Below, in pieces: positions 38,400-50,899 of a stretch of DNA of 64,000 bases; positions within the stretch are counted from its first letter, which is position 1; every line of letters begins with the position of its first letter. Both the position numbers and the translations under genes were made by a program. The stretch comes from Mobula hypostoma (lineage: Eukaryota). The notes under the pieces were generated by a model. The model saw nothing but the letters and a program-made list of their open reading frames with translations, had not been told where the DNA came from and made no database searches. The stretch spans positions 206,648,001 through 206,712,000 of the forward strand of contig NC_086097.1 of NCBI RefSeq assembly GCF_963921235.1, given 5' to 3'.

Positions 38400-41350
38400 T
38401 GCCTGGTCCTGGATCAAATTCCTTGGCATGTTCCTATCCTATTTTAATCAAATTAGTAATCTTGCAAGCTTGGTAAAATGGGCCTGTCAGTTAAGCCACT
38501 CGATAACGTTTCCTAAAGTGCGCAGTTTAATATGTACCGAAGCTGTATTGCCTTGATAAATACTTCAACACAACAATCTATTCAATGAATTCTGCTCTTT
38601 AATTCCTATGCTGCAGAAGTAACTCATCACTATTTCAAATTGTTCCTTTAGTGAATGAAACATCTTTGGCTTTCAGCTGAGCTAACAGATGAAATGGAGT
38701 ACAATTTGTTCCACATCCAATCTCTGCTAATAGAATTTTCTTCTTGCACTCTATTATGGCAGTGTCCTATGCTTGTACATGTTCAACATGTGTCTCAACA
38801 TCTAGGATATTATTTGCATTGAGAAATGTCTCCATTGATTATAAACTTCTTGGCAGCCTTTATGCCTGACTTCACTTGGGCTGACATTTTATCCTGCTTC
38901 CCAACTAATGGCGCCGGTGAGGGCAAGGATTCTCTGAACTATATATGATGCTGTTCCTTAATTCTCCTGCTATCAGTCAGTCTCTGTCTTTCTGAAACCT
39001 ATCACACAACTGATACAGGTGCCCTTTTTGACTACTGCTGACTGAACATTACCTGTAAGTTTACTGAATTATTGTGACATGTCAGCCATTTTCTGTTCAC
39101 GACTGCAGAATTTTGGTGTCTCAGCAGTTTCACTTACCTTTGATTTTCAAGGTACAAGTTCGAGAACAACTTTTCTAAATCATGCCTTCCTTCTCTAAAT
39201 GCACCAGTTAGGCACCATAACCAGAGCCCTGCATACGTGGCAGCTCTGTGTAATTGGCAGAGGTTGAACAGTGGAAGAATTTGGATTTGCCAGCAATGGA
39301 TTTGTCTGCTTACTTTCCTCACTGAACCAAGGTTGGTCCCCTGAATTGGGAGAGTGTGGGACATGCCAGTCAACAATATTATGATTGTGGAAAGACAAAT
39401 GCCAGCTCCATTATTTTTGCAGTTACAAATGGAAGAGTTACCAATAAACTTAATCAATTTAGTGAAAGCTTGTTGATGAAGCAGCTGAAGGTGGTTGGAA
39501 ATTATGACAATGCAAGTGGCAGCAACCTGAAATAAAAATTAAAGAATGTTGTACGATTGGACTCTGGCATGGTGCCAGAGGACTAGAAAATTGCAGATGT
39601 CACTCCACTCTTTAAGAAAGGAGGAAGGCAGCAGAGAGGAAATTATAGACCAGTTAACCTGACCTCAGTGGTTGGGAAGATGTTGGAGTCAATGTTGAGG
39701 GTGAGCTTATGGAGTACTTGGTGACACAGGACAAGATAGGACAAAGTCAGCATGGTTTCCTTAAGGAACACTGTTGTCTGATAAACCAGTTGGAATCCTT
39801 TGAGAGGAAATTACAAATAGGACAGGTGAAGTGTTAGTATATTTGGACTTTCAGAAGGACTTTGACAAGGGGCTACACATGAGGCTGCTTCTCATATTAA
39901 GAGCCCATAATATTTTACAGGAAAGTTACCAGCATGGTTAGAACATTGGCTGATTGATAAAAGGCAGAGAGTGGAAATAAAAGGATCCTATTCTGGTTGG
40001 CTGCCAGTGACTAGTGGTGTTCTGCAGGGGTCGGTGTTGGAACTGCTTCATTTTATTCTGAATATCGATGATTCAGATGATGGAATAGATGGCTTTGTTG
40101 CCAAATTTGCAGATGATACAAATGATTAGTGGAGGGGCAGGCAGTGTTAAGGAAACACGTAGGCTTCAGAAGGACTTAGACAGATTAAGAAAATGGGCAA
40201 GAAAGTGGCAAATGAATTACAATGTTGGAAAATGCATGGTCATGCACTTCGGTAATAGAAATATATGTGCAGACTATTTTCTAAATGGGGAGAAAATCCA
40301 AAAATCTGTGATGTAAAGGGACTTAGGAGTGCTTATGCAGAACACCCCAAAGGTTAACTTGCAGGTTGAGTCAGTAGTGAGGAAGGCAAATGCAATGTTA
40401 GCATTCATTTTAAGAGGTCTAGAATACAAAAACGGGGAAGTGATGCTGAGGTTTTATAAGGCACTGGTGCGGCCTCACCTTGAGTATAGTGAACAGTTTT
40501 GGGCTCCTCATTTAAGAAAAGATGAGCTGCCATTGGAGAGGGTTTAGAGGAGGTTCAAAAGGATAATTCCGGGAATGAAAGGGTTATCATAAGGGAACAT
40601 TTTGTGGTTCTGGGTCCATACTCACTGGAATTTAGTGGGATGAGGTGGGATATCATTGAAACCTTTTGAATGTTGAAAGGCCTATACAGAGTAGATGTGG
40701 AAAGGATATTTTCCATGGTGGGGGAGTCTAGGACTAGAGGGCACAGCCTCAGGTTAGAGGGATGTCCATTTAAAATAGAGATGCAGAGAAATTTATTTAG
40801 CCAGAGGGTGGTGAATTTGTGGAAATTGTTACCACAGACAGTTGTGGAGGCCAGGTCATTGGGTGTATTTAAGGCAAGAGTAATAGGTTTTTGACTGGAC
40901 ACGGTATCAAAGGTTATGAAGAGAAGGTGGGGAGTGGCGCTGAGGAGTGGAAAATATGACCAGCTATGATTGAATGATGGAGCAGACTCGATGGGCCAAA
41001 TGGCCTAATTCTGCTCCTATGTCATAAGGTATTATGGTCTTCTGACTGAGCCAGGGCATTATCCTCAGGAACTTGCTGAGACTGAGATGACTGATATCCA
41101 ATACTCACAACTATTGTAGGTGTAATTCCAATCACTGGAGGTTATTCCCATGATCCCCACTGACATTAATTTTAGAAAAACATTGATCCTATGGAAAACA
41201 GATGATGTCTTGAGGACACCTCATTCTCACCCAACTTCTGGAATCCACCTGTAGTCCAATTTTCACAGAAGTTGTTTTGTGTTGTTGAGCTGAACATGCA
41301 TGGTAATTGATCATCATATTATTGGTGAGTGTGCAGTTGGTTTTATAATT
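38400..41350 (-). mobile_element. Ancient LINE split by a CR1 insertion
   Basis: GDQPWFSEE remnant (minus ORF 39195-39398); LINE-like sequence resumes after 41040. Confidence 0.5.
39540..41040 (+). mobile_element. CR1 LINE 3' half
   Basis: YRPVNLTS, QHGF, KFADD, ALVRPHLEY, FSQRVVNLW; CR1 3' UTR. Confidence 0.92.
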
Positions 41351-41639
41351 CTGTTCTGTTTTAATTTTGTTATTATTTTACCTTTCAACACAACTATGCA
41401 CATGTAACTTTTGAGATAATTGCGAGCTCTTCTGACTCTAATGTAAATCTTGTCTTTCCTTTCTCCTGGGAAAGGAAATGAAAAGATAATTTGATATGAT
41501 TTGACATTTCAAGTACTTAGAAAAGAAAATGTTATTTGGTTTCATGAGAAGATCAAGTGTCAGGCAATGACCATGTCCAACCAGAGTACCCCTGATACTT
41601 AACAACAGTACCTTCTCAAAGTCCCCCAAAGTCGACATC

Positions 41640-42250
41640 TGGTGCGGAGAGGGAGGTGAACATTGACCATAAGCTTAACTAGACATATCGCATAATTACT
41701 CTGTCATGAAGAGCAGGACAGAAGCTCAGAACTTTGAATCAAATGACTCACCTCCTATCAATTCTCCAAAGTCTTTCCACAAACTGCAAGGCAGAAATCA
41801 GAAAGTGATGAGATAACCTCCTCATGCTATGGTAAATTTAGCATCAGGGATAAAGTTTGGATCACACTACGGCAAAACTAGGAAACTTAAATTCAAGTAA
41901 CTGAATAACCCCGGAATGAAAATGAGTTCTTCATCCACCAATATAAACATTTATTCTCTCTACCATCAGGGCACTAGGACTATATTGTGTACTATTGGCA
42001 AAATGCACTGTAGTTATTTGCCTAGACTGTATAGTACCACCTCGCAAACCTACAAACTTTAACACAAAGAAGGATGAGGGCAATAGGGACATTGGAATGC
42101 TATCAGTTCAAGCACGCTACTATTTTGACTTGCTAATGCATCGATGTTCTTTTATCACCAAATCTGACTCAGAAATAGGCTTAATATCATTTGGAGCTGA
42201 GAATGGAACAATTCCATGACTTTCACAATGCCTTTATCAGCACTGGTCTC
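41640..42250 (+). mobile_element. Ancient LINE 3' portion (same family as 21050-21680)
   Basis: Similarity judged by eye. Confidence 0.45.
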
Positions 42251-43524
42251 CTGAGTCCTTTTTTTTTTGTTTTTTTTCCTTCTGATTTCCTCGGCTGTTT
42301 CTTATTATTTCTAAGGGAATGTGTTGTAAATAAAAATAAATGGAAACAAGTAGATATATGCATATGCAGTGTATGTATTTTACTTTGGCATTGATTAATA
42401 TTTTTTTAAAGTCTGCCACTAGCCCTTGAGCGCACTGTCCGTTCCTGGGTATATTTGGTCTGAGTGGCAAATCATCACTTGAAACATATGATTCAACGAC
42501 AAGGATTCATATTCACTGATATTACCTACAGCAATGAAAGAAATTGCTGCACCCAGCTTCAGTGACAGTGTCTTCTCCTTTCACTTTAATAATTGACTTC
42601 ATCTCATTCAGCCTATCATATTTCAGAAAACAGGAAGCTTTCCTTCCATGTTTTCCAGCAATATAAGTCACAATAGGTCAGTTTTTCTTGCTTTAACTGA
42701 GTAAACAAATAGCACCACCACTTGGTCAATTTCAAAACACCCATGCAATTTAGTAGGACTTTGCTTTCGAAGTTGTTGCTAGAAAGGCTTTGGATGGCAC
42801 AATGCCTCTGAACATCATTTGTTAACAGGGTTAGCAAATACAATTCTTCTTATTCAAACAAAATAAAGGATTATTAATGAAGAACATAGCACGTCAACAA
42901 AGAAATTTCATTTTAATTGAACATCAGATCGGTACTGTAAGTAAAATAGAGTGATGGAAAGCATATCTGGAGAAAGAAACAAAAAAGGAAAACATTTCTT
43001 TAATATATTGTTGTCCAACTAGTAGTAAAATCTTGAAGTGTGATGCATATTTACTTTCCAGGGCCCAAGCGGCTTATTGCTAACCTTAGCTTTCTACTGC
43101 GGCAGCATGACTTTTCCTAAGGTCAGACTTGTTTTTAACAAATTTCAACTTCTAACAAATATTCTTTGCTCAGTTTCTTGTTGTAAACAAGAACCAGTCT
43201 TCAGTTCTTAAATTAAATTGCAAGCAGTAATCAGCTTGAAGTTAAAAGGACATCTGAATTGGCTGCTAAGAGGTTTACAAAGTGAAGTTACCATGGAATT
43301 TCATGTGTGCATTAGCCTAACACAAAAAATTGGATTATGTAATTAACACATCAAACATGGTCACTGATATCAATGGTTGGGATATTTGTACACTCAAATA
43401 GCCATATTTCACAGCATTAATTTAAGGTGTCTGGGATCTCTGTCCCCAGATGCTTTAGACCATCTATGAAAATTACTTTGTCCCAGAGAAGATATCTGGA
43501 AAACACTGCATGCTGATAATGTCA

Positions 43525-43640
43525 TCCAGTAGCAGGACAGACAGCATCTATGTAAAAGAGTAAACAATGTTTCCTCGACTGTATATTCTTTTCCTAGACG
43601 CTGCCTGCTGAGTTCCTCCAGCATTTTGTGTGTGTTGCTT
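43525..43640. mobile_element. Inverted pair of Penelope terminal-repeat fragments
   Basis: cagcatctatg (minus) abutting tcgactg...gctgagttcctccagcattttgtgtg (plus). Confidence 0.7.
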
Positions 43641-43670
43641 TAAATATCAGAAAGCCATAGGGATTGTTAC

Positions 43671-43868
43671 TGTACCGTATAGCCTACATTATAATAAGGG
43701 ACTACTTTATATTGCAGTAACACGTCATTGCATGCGCTATTAGGTGTGTATTGATCTGTACGTGTGTTCCGAGTTTGGTTTCTGCCAGTAAAGAACCATG
43801 AACCTTAGCTCCCATTTCCAGCGTTTTTATTAATCACATTGTTGTGTAACCGGGCCATATATACAACA
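43671..43868 (+). mobile_element. Probable 198-bp solo LTR
   Basis: TGT...ACA ends; flanks gttac/gttag; absent from the homologous copy near 63650. Confidence 0.6.
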
Positions 43869-45269
43869 GTTAGGATTAACAAGAAGAATGATAGAAAGAT
43901 GGGGTGATTGAAAAGAAGAACTAGAATTCATTCTTCAACCTTTGCTTTCTGTGACAAATGACTCATTTGTCTGCAAGTTGTTGGTATATTTCTGTTGTAA
44001 GAACTGTGCCTGTATTTGGAAATCCTTGGGAGTTATGAATCTTCTGTCATTTGGAAATCTTTTATAAATCAAAAACCATCTGACAGTTTTAAATGTGCAT
44101 TAAGATCTATCTGTCTAAATTTCAACAGGTATTATAAAAAATAAAATAAACTACATTTAAGTTAGTTCATGAGCTGGAAGTATCTCTTCCTTGGTAGGGA
44201 AGGCAGCCACCACTCAAACAAAGGATGTTGGCACCTAGAACTCACCATAGAGACTGGACAGGGAAGTAAGTTAGTCTCTGAAGAGTAGTGGATACAGTAT
44301 TATCTCCCTACAGTGAAGGTACCCATAGATATCTATATTAGATAGGGTTTAAAATCTTCTTTTGAGTTTAGATCTTTGCAGACAGGGAACCCAATACGAT
44401 CACAAAAGAACGAACCACCCCATTCATAACACAAGTGAAGAAACGACATATTTTCAATGGCAGGAAGATTGGCAGGCAATAATTAAGCCTTACTCTGTTG
44501 TTATAAGTTTACATGGATGGAATAAACAAGTCCTATTTTCCATACTAGGCCTATTCTGTATGCATTTGCAGGGATAAGTAATTATTTGAGCAGATGACCA
44601 GAGAAGATGCACGACTTAAACAGTTACATACTAATCTTTGCAATTAATTCAATGTGTGTGTTTTTCAAAAGGTGCAGATCAATTTACATATAATAAATGT
44701 TAAATACTGTTAGCATTACCATTAGCTGTATGACAAAATCTGGCCTATTGATGCCAAAATATCATGGAGTAATTTCGAAGTGCAGCAGCAATATATTGAA
44801 CAATGTGCACCTTCCATATAACTAGAGCTATTTGTAGAACACATAAGAGAAATTTGAGAGGTTTGAACTATTAGTGCAAATGTTTACTATCCAAGATCTT
44901 CTCACTGCTAATTTCTCTGTTCTGATCTCTCTTCAAGAGACCGAGGAGTGAACATACAAATTAGCAAATAGCAAGTGAGAATGAAGCTATGAACTACCAC
45001 GAACTAAACTATTGAAAGGCTAACCTCCAAAAAGTGCCTCTAGAATAGAATCATACAATTCTGGAAATATTCAGCAACTCAAGTAGTATTTATGAAGAGA
45101 TAAACAGAGTTTAATTTCAATGAGTTTAATTGTACTGTATTGAAGAAATGTCACTAACTGTAAGTATTAACTCTTTTTCCTACCCTGACCTGCTAAATGG
45201 TGTCAGAAGTTCTGTTTTTATTTCATATTTTCAATAACTGTTTAGTCCTGCTCTCTCTGCTTTACGCGG

Positions 45270-46420
45270 GAATCACACCCTCCAGTCCTTCCAGCTGAGG
45301 CAGTACTTTACCACAAATCTTTTGGGTCGTCAATTGCATACATTGCTCCCATGCACCCTCCTCTGCATTGGTGAGACCTGACATAAATTGAGGAACCATT
45401 GTGTCGAGCACATCTGCTCCATCGGCCAAAAGCGGAAATTCCCAGTGGCCAACCATTTTACTTCCTATTCCCATTCCTATTTCAACATGGCAGTCCATGG
45501 CCTCCTCTTCTGCCATGATGAGGCCATTCTCAGGGTGGAGAAGCAACACCTCATATACGATAGTTCAATAGTTCCATTTAATATCAGAGAAATGTATGAA
45601 ATATACATCCTGAAATTTTTGTTCTTTGCCGACGTCCATGAGAACAGAAGACTGCCCCAAAGAATGAATGACAGTAAAAACATTATAGCCCCAAATATCA
45701 CTCCCCCTCTTCCATGCCCAAACAACAGCAAAGCAATGACCCTCCCCCATCCCCATCCACTCGACAAAAGAAGCATTTGCACCCTCCACTCACCAAGCAA
45801 GCAATAGGAAAGACCCCAAGAAAGACCATGATCGGCAGACAACAAAAACTAATCATTTACCTGACAATTCAACATAACAAAGGCTCTCTCTTTACCCAAG
45901 AAAGGGACAGAGAGGTGTCCCTTTTCACAGTGAGAGGGGAGACATAACAAAAGCAACTCACTGATTTTGGATATTCCATCTAGGTAGCCTCCAACCTGAT
46001 GACACGAACATCAACTTCTCCTTCCGGTCTTTTTTCCTCTTTTTTTCTTTTTCCTTCCCTCATCTTCTTTTATTCCTCACTTTAGATTTTTACCTCTTCT
46101 CCTCAACTGCCTATCACTTCCCCCTAGTGTCCCTCCTTCTTCCCTTTCTCCCATGGTCCACTCTGCTCTCCTATCTGATTCCTTCTTATCCAGCCCTTTG
46201 CACATTTCCCACTCACCTGGCTTCATCTATCACCTTCTGGCTTGACCTGCTTTTTCTGCCCCCACCTTTTTATTCTGGCTTCTTCCCCCTTTCTTTCCAG
46301 TCCTGAAGAAGGGTCTCAGCCCGAAACGTCAACCATTTATTCATTTTCATAGATGCTTCCTGACCTACTGATTTCCTCCAGCATTTTGCTCTGAATTTCT
46401 AGATTTGAAGAATCTCTTGT
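45270..46420 (+). mobile_element. Penelope-like element 3' part (GIY-YIG region + terminal repeat)
   Basis: CIGET, EHICS, PVANHF, VEKQHLI remnants; terminal repeat with ctgaagaagggtctcagcccgaaacgtc. Confidence 0.85.
45557..45970 (-). mobile_element. Non-coding retroposon with Rex1-like 3' tail nested in the PLE
   Basis: Interrupts cctcatat|tccatc; atat at 45553-45556 and 45971-45974; minus 3' end ...attaaatggaactattgaacta. Confidence 0.6.
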
Positions 46421-49367
46421 GTTTATATTAACTACAGTATTTTATTTTTTCTTCAGGTGCCACCTTGGCTCCCAGTGACCAGATGAGATATATTGAATTT
46501 CAGATTATAACAAAATACGCTAGTAAAAATTAGCAACCAATATATGGTCCATGAAAGCAATTCCTCTTAGAAAAACAGGAAATATTTCCAGAATCCTAAA
46601 CTTTGACTGATGAAGACTTTACTTTGTTATAAAAAAGCCTTAAAAAGGCAGTTATTTTAAAAAGCAGTTTCTAATATTTTTAGGTGACTGGTGGTATGAT
46701 CAATCATTAACATATTAAGTGTGCAACAGCAATGCAAAATCTGGTCAAGAAATTCCACTTGTAAAACAAAATGGCACAGTTTAAACTAGGCTGGTGACTC
46801 ATTAATGCATATTTACACTGCCATGGGAGACCCATTTCACCCCCAACCATTTGCAAGTCCCACATTTACAATGCTGAAAATGTAATTCAGGAATAACAGG
46901 ATCTTTTTTATAATGAAATTCTTCTCAGTAGACTTACAACTTAGGTTTGTTTTGTATCTCCATTCTAATGCACACAGAGTTTCAAACATGTGATTAATGC
47001 CTTTCCTACTCACAGGTCCAGTGATATTTCATTTTAGTTCAAAGCTTTTCAATTTGCATTTATTTGGTAAAGTGCAGGGATTTAGTTCCAGAGGTTCTTC
47101 ACATCAAAAAAATTCTGAATTCATAGAGGAACTTATAGTGTAATCTCAAGTACTGTAAATATCTGTACAGTACCACCTTATCTTATACTACTTTCAGTTT
47201 GTTTAACACGAGTGAAAGAAGGCAAACATTATTAAAATGCATATGCTCCTTACATGCCATTTTCCACTGTATTAATAAAAACTGGATGGAGCTGATTTCT
47301 TTTAATGGAAAGGATAAAATCAAATAGATTTCATTACTCAACTGTACTGATTCATAATGGTGTTGCATATGTGATCATGTACATTTATTGAGGTGTGAAT
47401 GTTAACTATAATCTAGCCAAAGTTACTCTCTGTACATTGGGTTCAGCTTTCTGACTGTGCCTAAAAGCAAAACGCTGACACTACAGAATCTGTAGGGATA
47501 GCTGTGAAAGCAAAAGCATGTATGTGTGTGTTGAACTCTTCTAATGCACTCGGCAAGCAGGAAGTTAAATAAATGAAAATACTAAGGCTACGGAAAATTT
47601 TCAGCTGACCCCGAAAAGATCTTCCACATTTTGTAATGTATTTTAAATTAATGCAATGGTGCCTTTTTTATATTTTATGGCTGAACTACAATCGAATTGG
47701 ATAACATTAGCAAAATGCAGGTGATGTGCTGTTTAATAAGACACAAATGGATTCAATAGCAGATATGAAGGGCAACCAAAGCTTGGTCTTTATCAGAAGT
47801 GGCAACCAATATGAATGAATTGGTCAAGCTTCTTGTGTCCATTTATTACAGTGCTCATCTTCAGCACCACTGTTCATCATGTAGTTCAGACACCATACTA
47901 TGAGGCAAGGGCATTTTTGTTTATTGAGGCTTTTAAACGTCCAGAATCTGCTGCGAATTCAAGATATCACTACTTTGAGTGCTTTCCTACAGTATTCTCC
48001 ATTGCTCTGTACAACCTGAAAGTAGAAAGCACCAATGTGGAATATTTACTATACTCATTTTGCATCAAAATAGACAATAGGAATGATTACATGTTATTGA
48101 TGCTCAAAAGGAAGAGTCTAAGATCCAATGCACTTGTGGAGTACACTATCCAAACAAAGAATAACAGAATAGTGTTTTCCACAAGTGCACTGGACGTTTA
48201 ACTCAGAATCAAATCTTCAATATGCAATTTGTCTTGCTGTTAGTAGTTATGGAAGTGCTTAATTAATGATCATGTCATAAAGTGAGCATTAATATGCAGA
48301 ACTTCCAATAATGGAAGCTTGAATATAGACTGAAAATGTGCAAGAGACAAGAGGAAACATCAAATAAAGAGAAGTGTTTCTCCTATTTATTTAGCAGGTT
48401 TTAAAGATGTTTAAAATTAATTTTACCCATGGACTTGACTTCCTTCTCTGTACCCAGTGACTTATTCATGTTCCTTTGTTCACTCATACTGGTCTTGTGA
48501 TTTTTACTTGCTCCCATCACTGCAACTGTCTGTTCCCATATTAGCCATAAGTACCAAAAGGGTATTCACTTTGTGATTACTGTTTACTCTAAGTTCTAAA
48601 TTTCTGCAAAGGTTTCATTATGGTTGAAGCTGCTTTTTGAGGATTTGCTTTTTATCTCACCTTGATTAAGAATAGATGTGAATCTTAAAAATGAAAGTCA
48701 AGAAAATTCTCAGAACCACAGAATAGTTAGAGTACAGAAGGAAGACACAAGTGAAAAAGGTGGGCGGAATGATTATAATGAGTGATGAGGTAAGGATAGA
48801 GATACACGATTTTCTAAAGGTAGACATGCGAACTTTATGATGGAGAGGAAATGAATTCGAAGCTTGTCTTAGACTTAGGCAGGGCAATGAAAGAGAATTT
48901 AGATTCTGCTCTCATTTAATTCATTAGCCGAGATCTCTGATTGTATTTTTTCAAAGGAAAAATAGAAAACAGAAGACCTCAAAAGCATTTGTTCTCTTAA
49001 TTTTGTCCTAGACTGCCTGGAGTTTGATTACCTCAGTAGTTTCTATATCATGTGCAAAATCTGTTTTATTTTCACTGAAGTCAAAAATCAATTTTCAAAG
49101 TCATATAAATATCCATAATGAATCAGATAATAGTTGTAGAATACAAATCAAATTTACATATTTGTAGCAAAAGTTACTTCCAAACTAAACCAAAAACAAA
49201 AGTAATTTCTCCTTCTAAAGCAAGTTGAATATTCCAGTTTTTCATATGCTTTATACTTTAGTAAGAATATTCATCTCTTTGCAAGGAAAATCCTTAAAAC
49301 TCAATGATATTTGAGTATACGTTACAATGTTTCAGAAATTACATGGAACACAGCTGTCTTAAGAACA

Positions 49368-49485
49368 AAAACAACAGGAAACAACAGTCCTGACGAAGGG
49401 TCTCGGCCTGAAACGTCGACTGCGCCTCTTCCTATAGATGCTGCTTGGCCTGCTGCGTTCACCAGCAACTTTGATGTGTGTTGCT
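49368..49485 (+). mobile_element. 118-bp Penelope-derived insertion with 13-bp TSD
   Basis: tgtcttaagaaca at 49355-49367 and 49486-49498; body matches the PLE terminal repeat. Confidence 0.88.
49385..49422 (+). ncRNA. Minimal type I hammerhead ribozyme motif
   Basis: CAGTC-CTGACGA-AGG(gtctcgg)CCT-GAAAC-GTC-GACTG. Confidence 0.75.
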
Positions 49486-49721
49486 TGTCTTAAGAACATG
49501 AGCAATAGCAGGATGAAACAACTTGACAACTAGTGCTTAGTCCATGGTTCAATGAAACCATTGCTAATGTTTCACTTCGGTGCTACTATCCTTACAAATG
49601 TATCTGTTGGTTCCCTTCATAATTAAAAATCCATCAACTCTCAGGTGGAGAATTTCAAGATTCACCCCAGAAAAAACATCTTGTCTTGTCAGTCCTGCAT
49701 GGGTGGCCCTTTCTCATGAGA

Positions 49722-50775
49722 CTATCATCATCAGCACTGTGCGTCATTTCATATGACATGGGTGATCATGGTCTTCCATCTGTCTTTATTCTGAGAACTT
49801 GTAAGAAGCTTTTCAAAGTTTGTACCTGTCTATCTCTTGATGTAACTCATGAATGTCATGTGGTGTCGAGCATGAATTTTTCTTCCATCACTGCAAGATG
49901 TTCGAGTTCTTCTTTCCTCAGTACATGTCCCAGAAATTCTAGGTGCCATTTTGTTATGGATGGTATCAGATCTCATTTTATTCCGGCTTTATGCAACACT
50001 TCCTCATTTGTTACTCAGTCTTTCCACGATATTTCCAGCATTCTTCTCAAAAACTACATTTCTGTAGCTTTGAGTCTTTCTTCATTTTGTTTTGATATTG
50101 CACAACATTCATTTCCATATGTTAGTGCAAAATGAATGCAACACCACCACACTCTTGAGCTTCATACCCATAGAAAGAAGATTTGTTATTCTTTAATGTC
50201 TTGCTCAAACACTTGAATGTGCATTTAGCTATCCCAATCCTCCTTCTAATTTCAACATCAGTCCTACAGTCAGATGTTATCGTGATCCCCAAGTAATTGA
50301 ACTTCTACTAGAATTAGTGGACACGGCCTCAAGATTCGAGGGAGCAGATTTAGGACAGAGAGAGATGAGGAGGAGCTACTTTTCCCAGAGAGTAGTGAAT
50401 CTGTGGAATTCTCTGCCCAACGAAGCTGTGGAGGCTACCTCAGTAAATATATAGACTTCTGCATAGTAGGGGAAATAGTGGTTATGGGGCAAGGCAGATA
50501 GGCAGAGATGAGTCCATGGCCAGATCAGCCATGATCTTATTGAATGGCGGAGCAGGCTCGATAGGCCAGGTGGCCTAATCCTGCTCCTATTTCTTACGTT
50601 CTTATGTTTCACGTTTGCCCATTTTCAGTTCACATTTCTTTCGACTTTGTGACAGCCATACATTTAGTCTTCTTGCGGCTGATGATCAGTGCTCTCTTTG
50701 CACTTTCTTCAATAATGCTATCTGGTATTTCTTGGAGCTTCTCTCTAGATGTAGCTATCAGCATTGTGTCATCTG
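49722..50775 (-). mobile_element. RTE-clade LINE fragment with nested CR1 3' end (~50305-50606, +)
   Basis: (cat)n tail at 49724; antisense YLGI and ADDT remnants; CR1 UTR ending cttacgttcttatg. Confidence 0.75.
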
Positions 50776-50899
50776 CACTTGAGACTATAGCCCAAGATAA
50801 TAGACACCCTCTAGTTGGGGAAACATTATGCCTGTCCAGCCTTTAGGAATTCTGTATGTTTCAATATGATTATTTCTTTGAAACAATTCTCCTCGTGCA

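Larger units (their letters stand above)
42620..44150 (-). pseudogene. Decayed coding-like repeat copy 1, possible P-element/THAP9-type transposase fossil
   Basis: Colinear homology to 62800-63895; remnants QKYTNNLQTN, DGLKHL, FDVL, LSKEYLLE. Confidence 0.4.

Noticed and set aside
39138..39175. Minus-strand donor AAG|gtaagt
   Set aside because: Lies within an ancient LINE and has a poor acceptor.
41752..41783. 32-nt minus-strand exon-like segment with strong splice sites
   Set aside because: Antisense of an old LINE fragment and not frame-preserving; at most a cryptic exon.
44880..45040. Faint similarity to 60500-60640
   Set aside because: Only short A-rich matches; not convincing.
47815..48201. 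128-aa plus-strand ORF in unique DNA
   Set aside because: Composition typical of random AT-rich sequence; no motif recognised.
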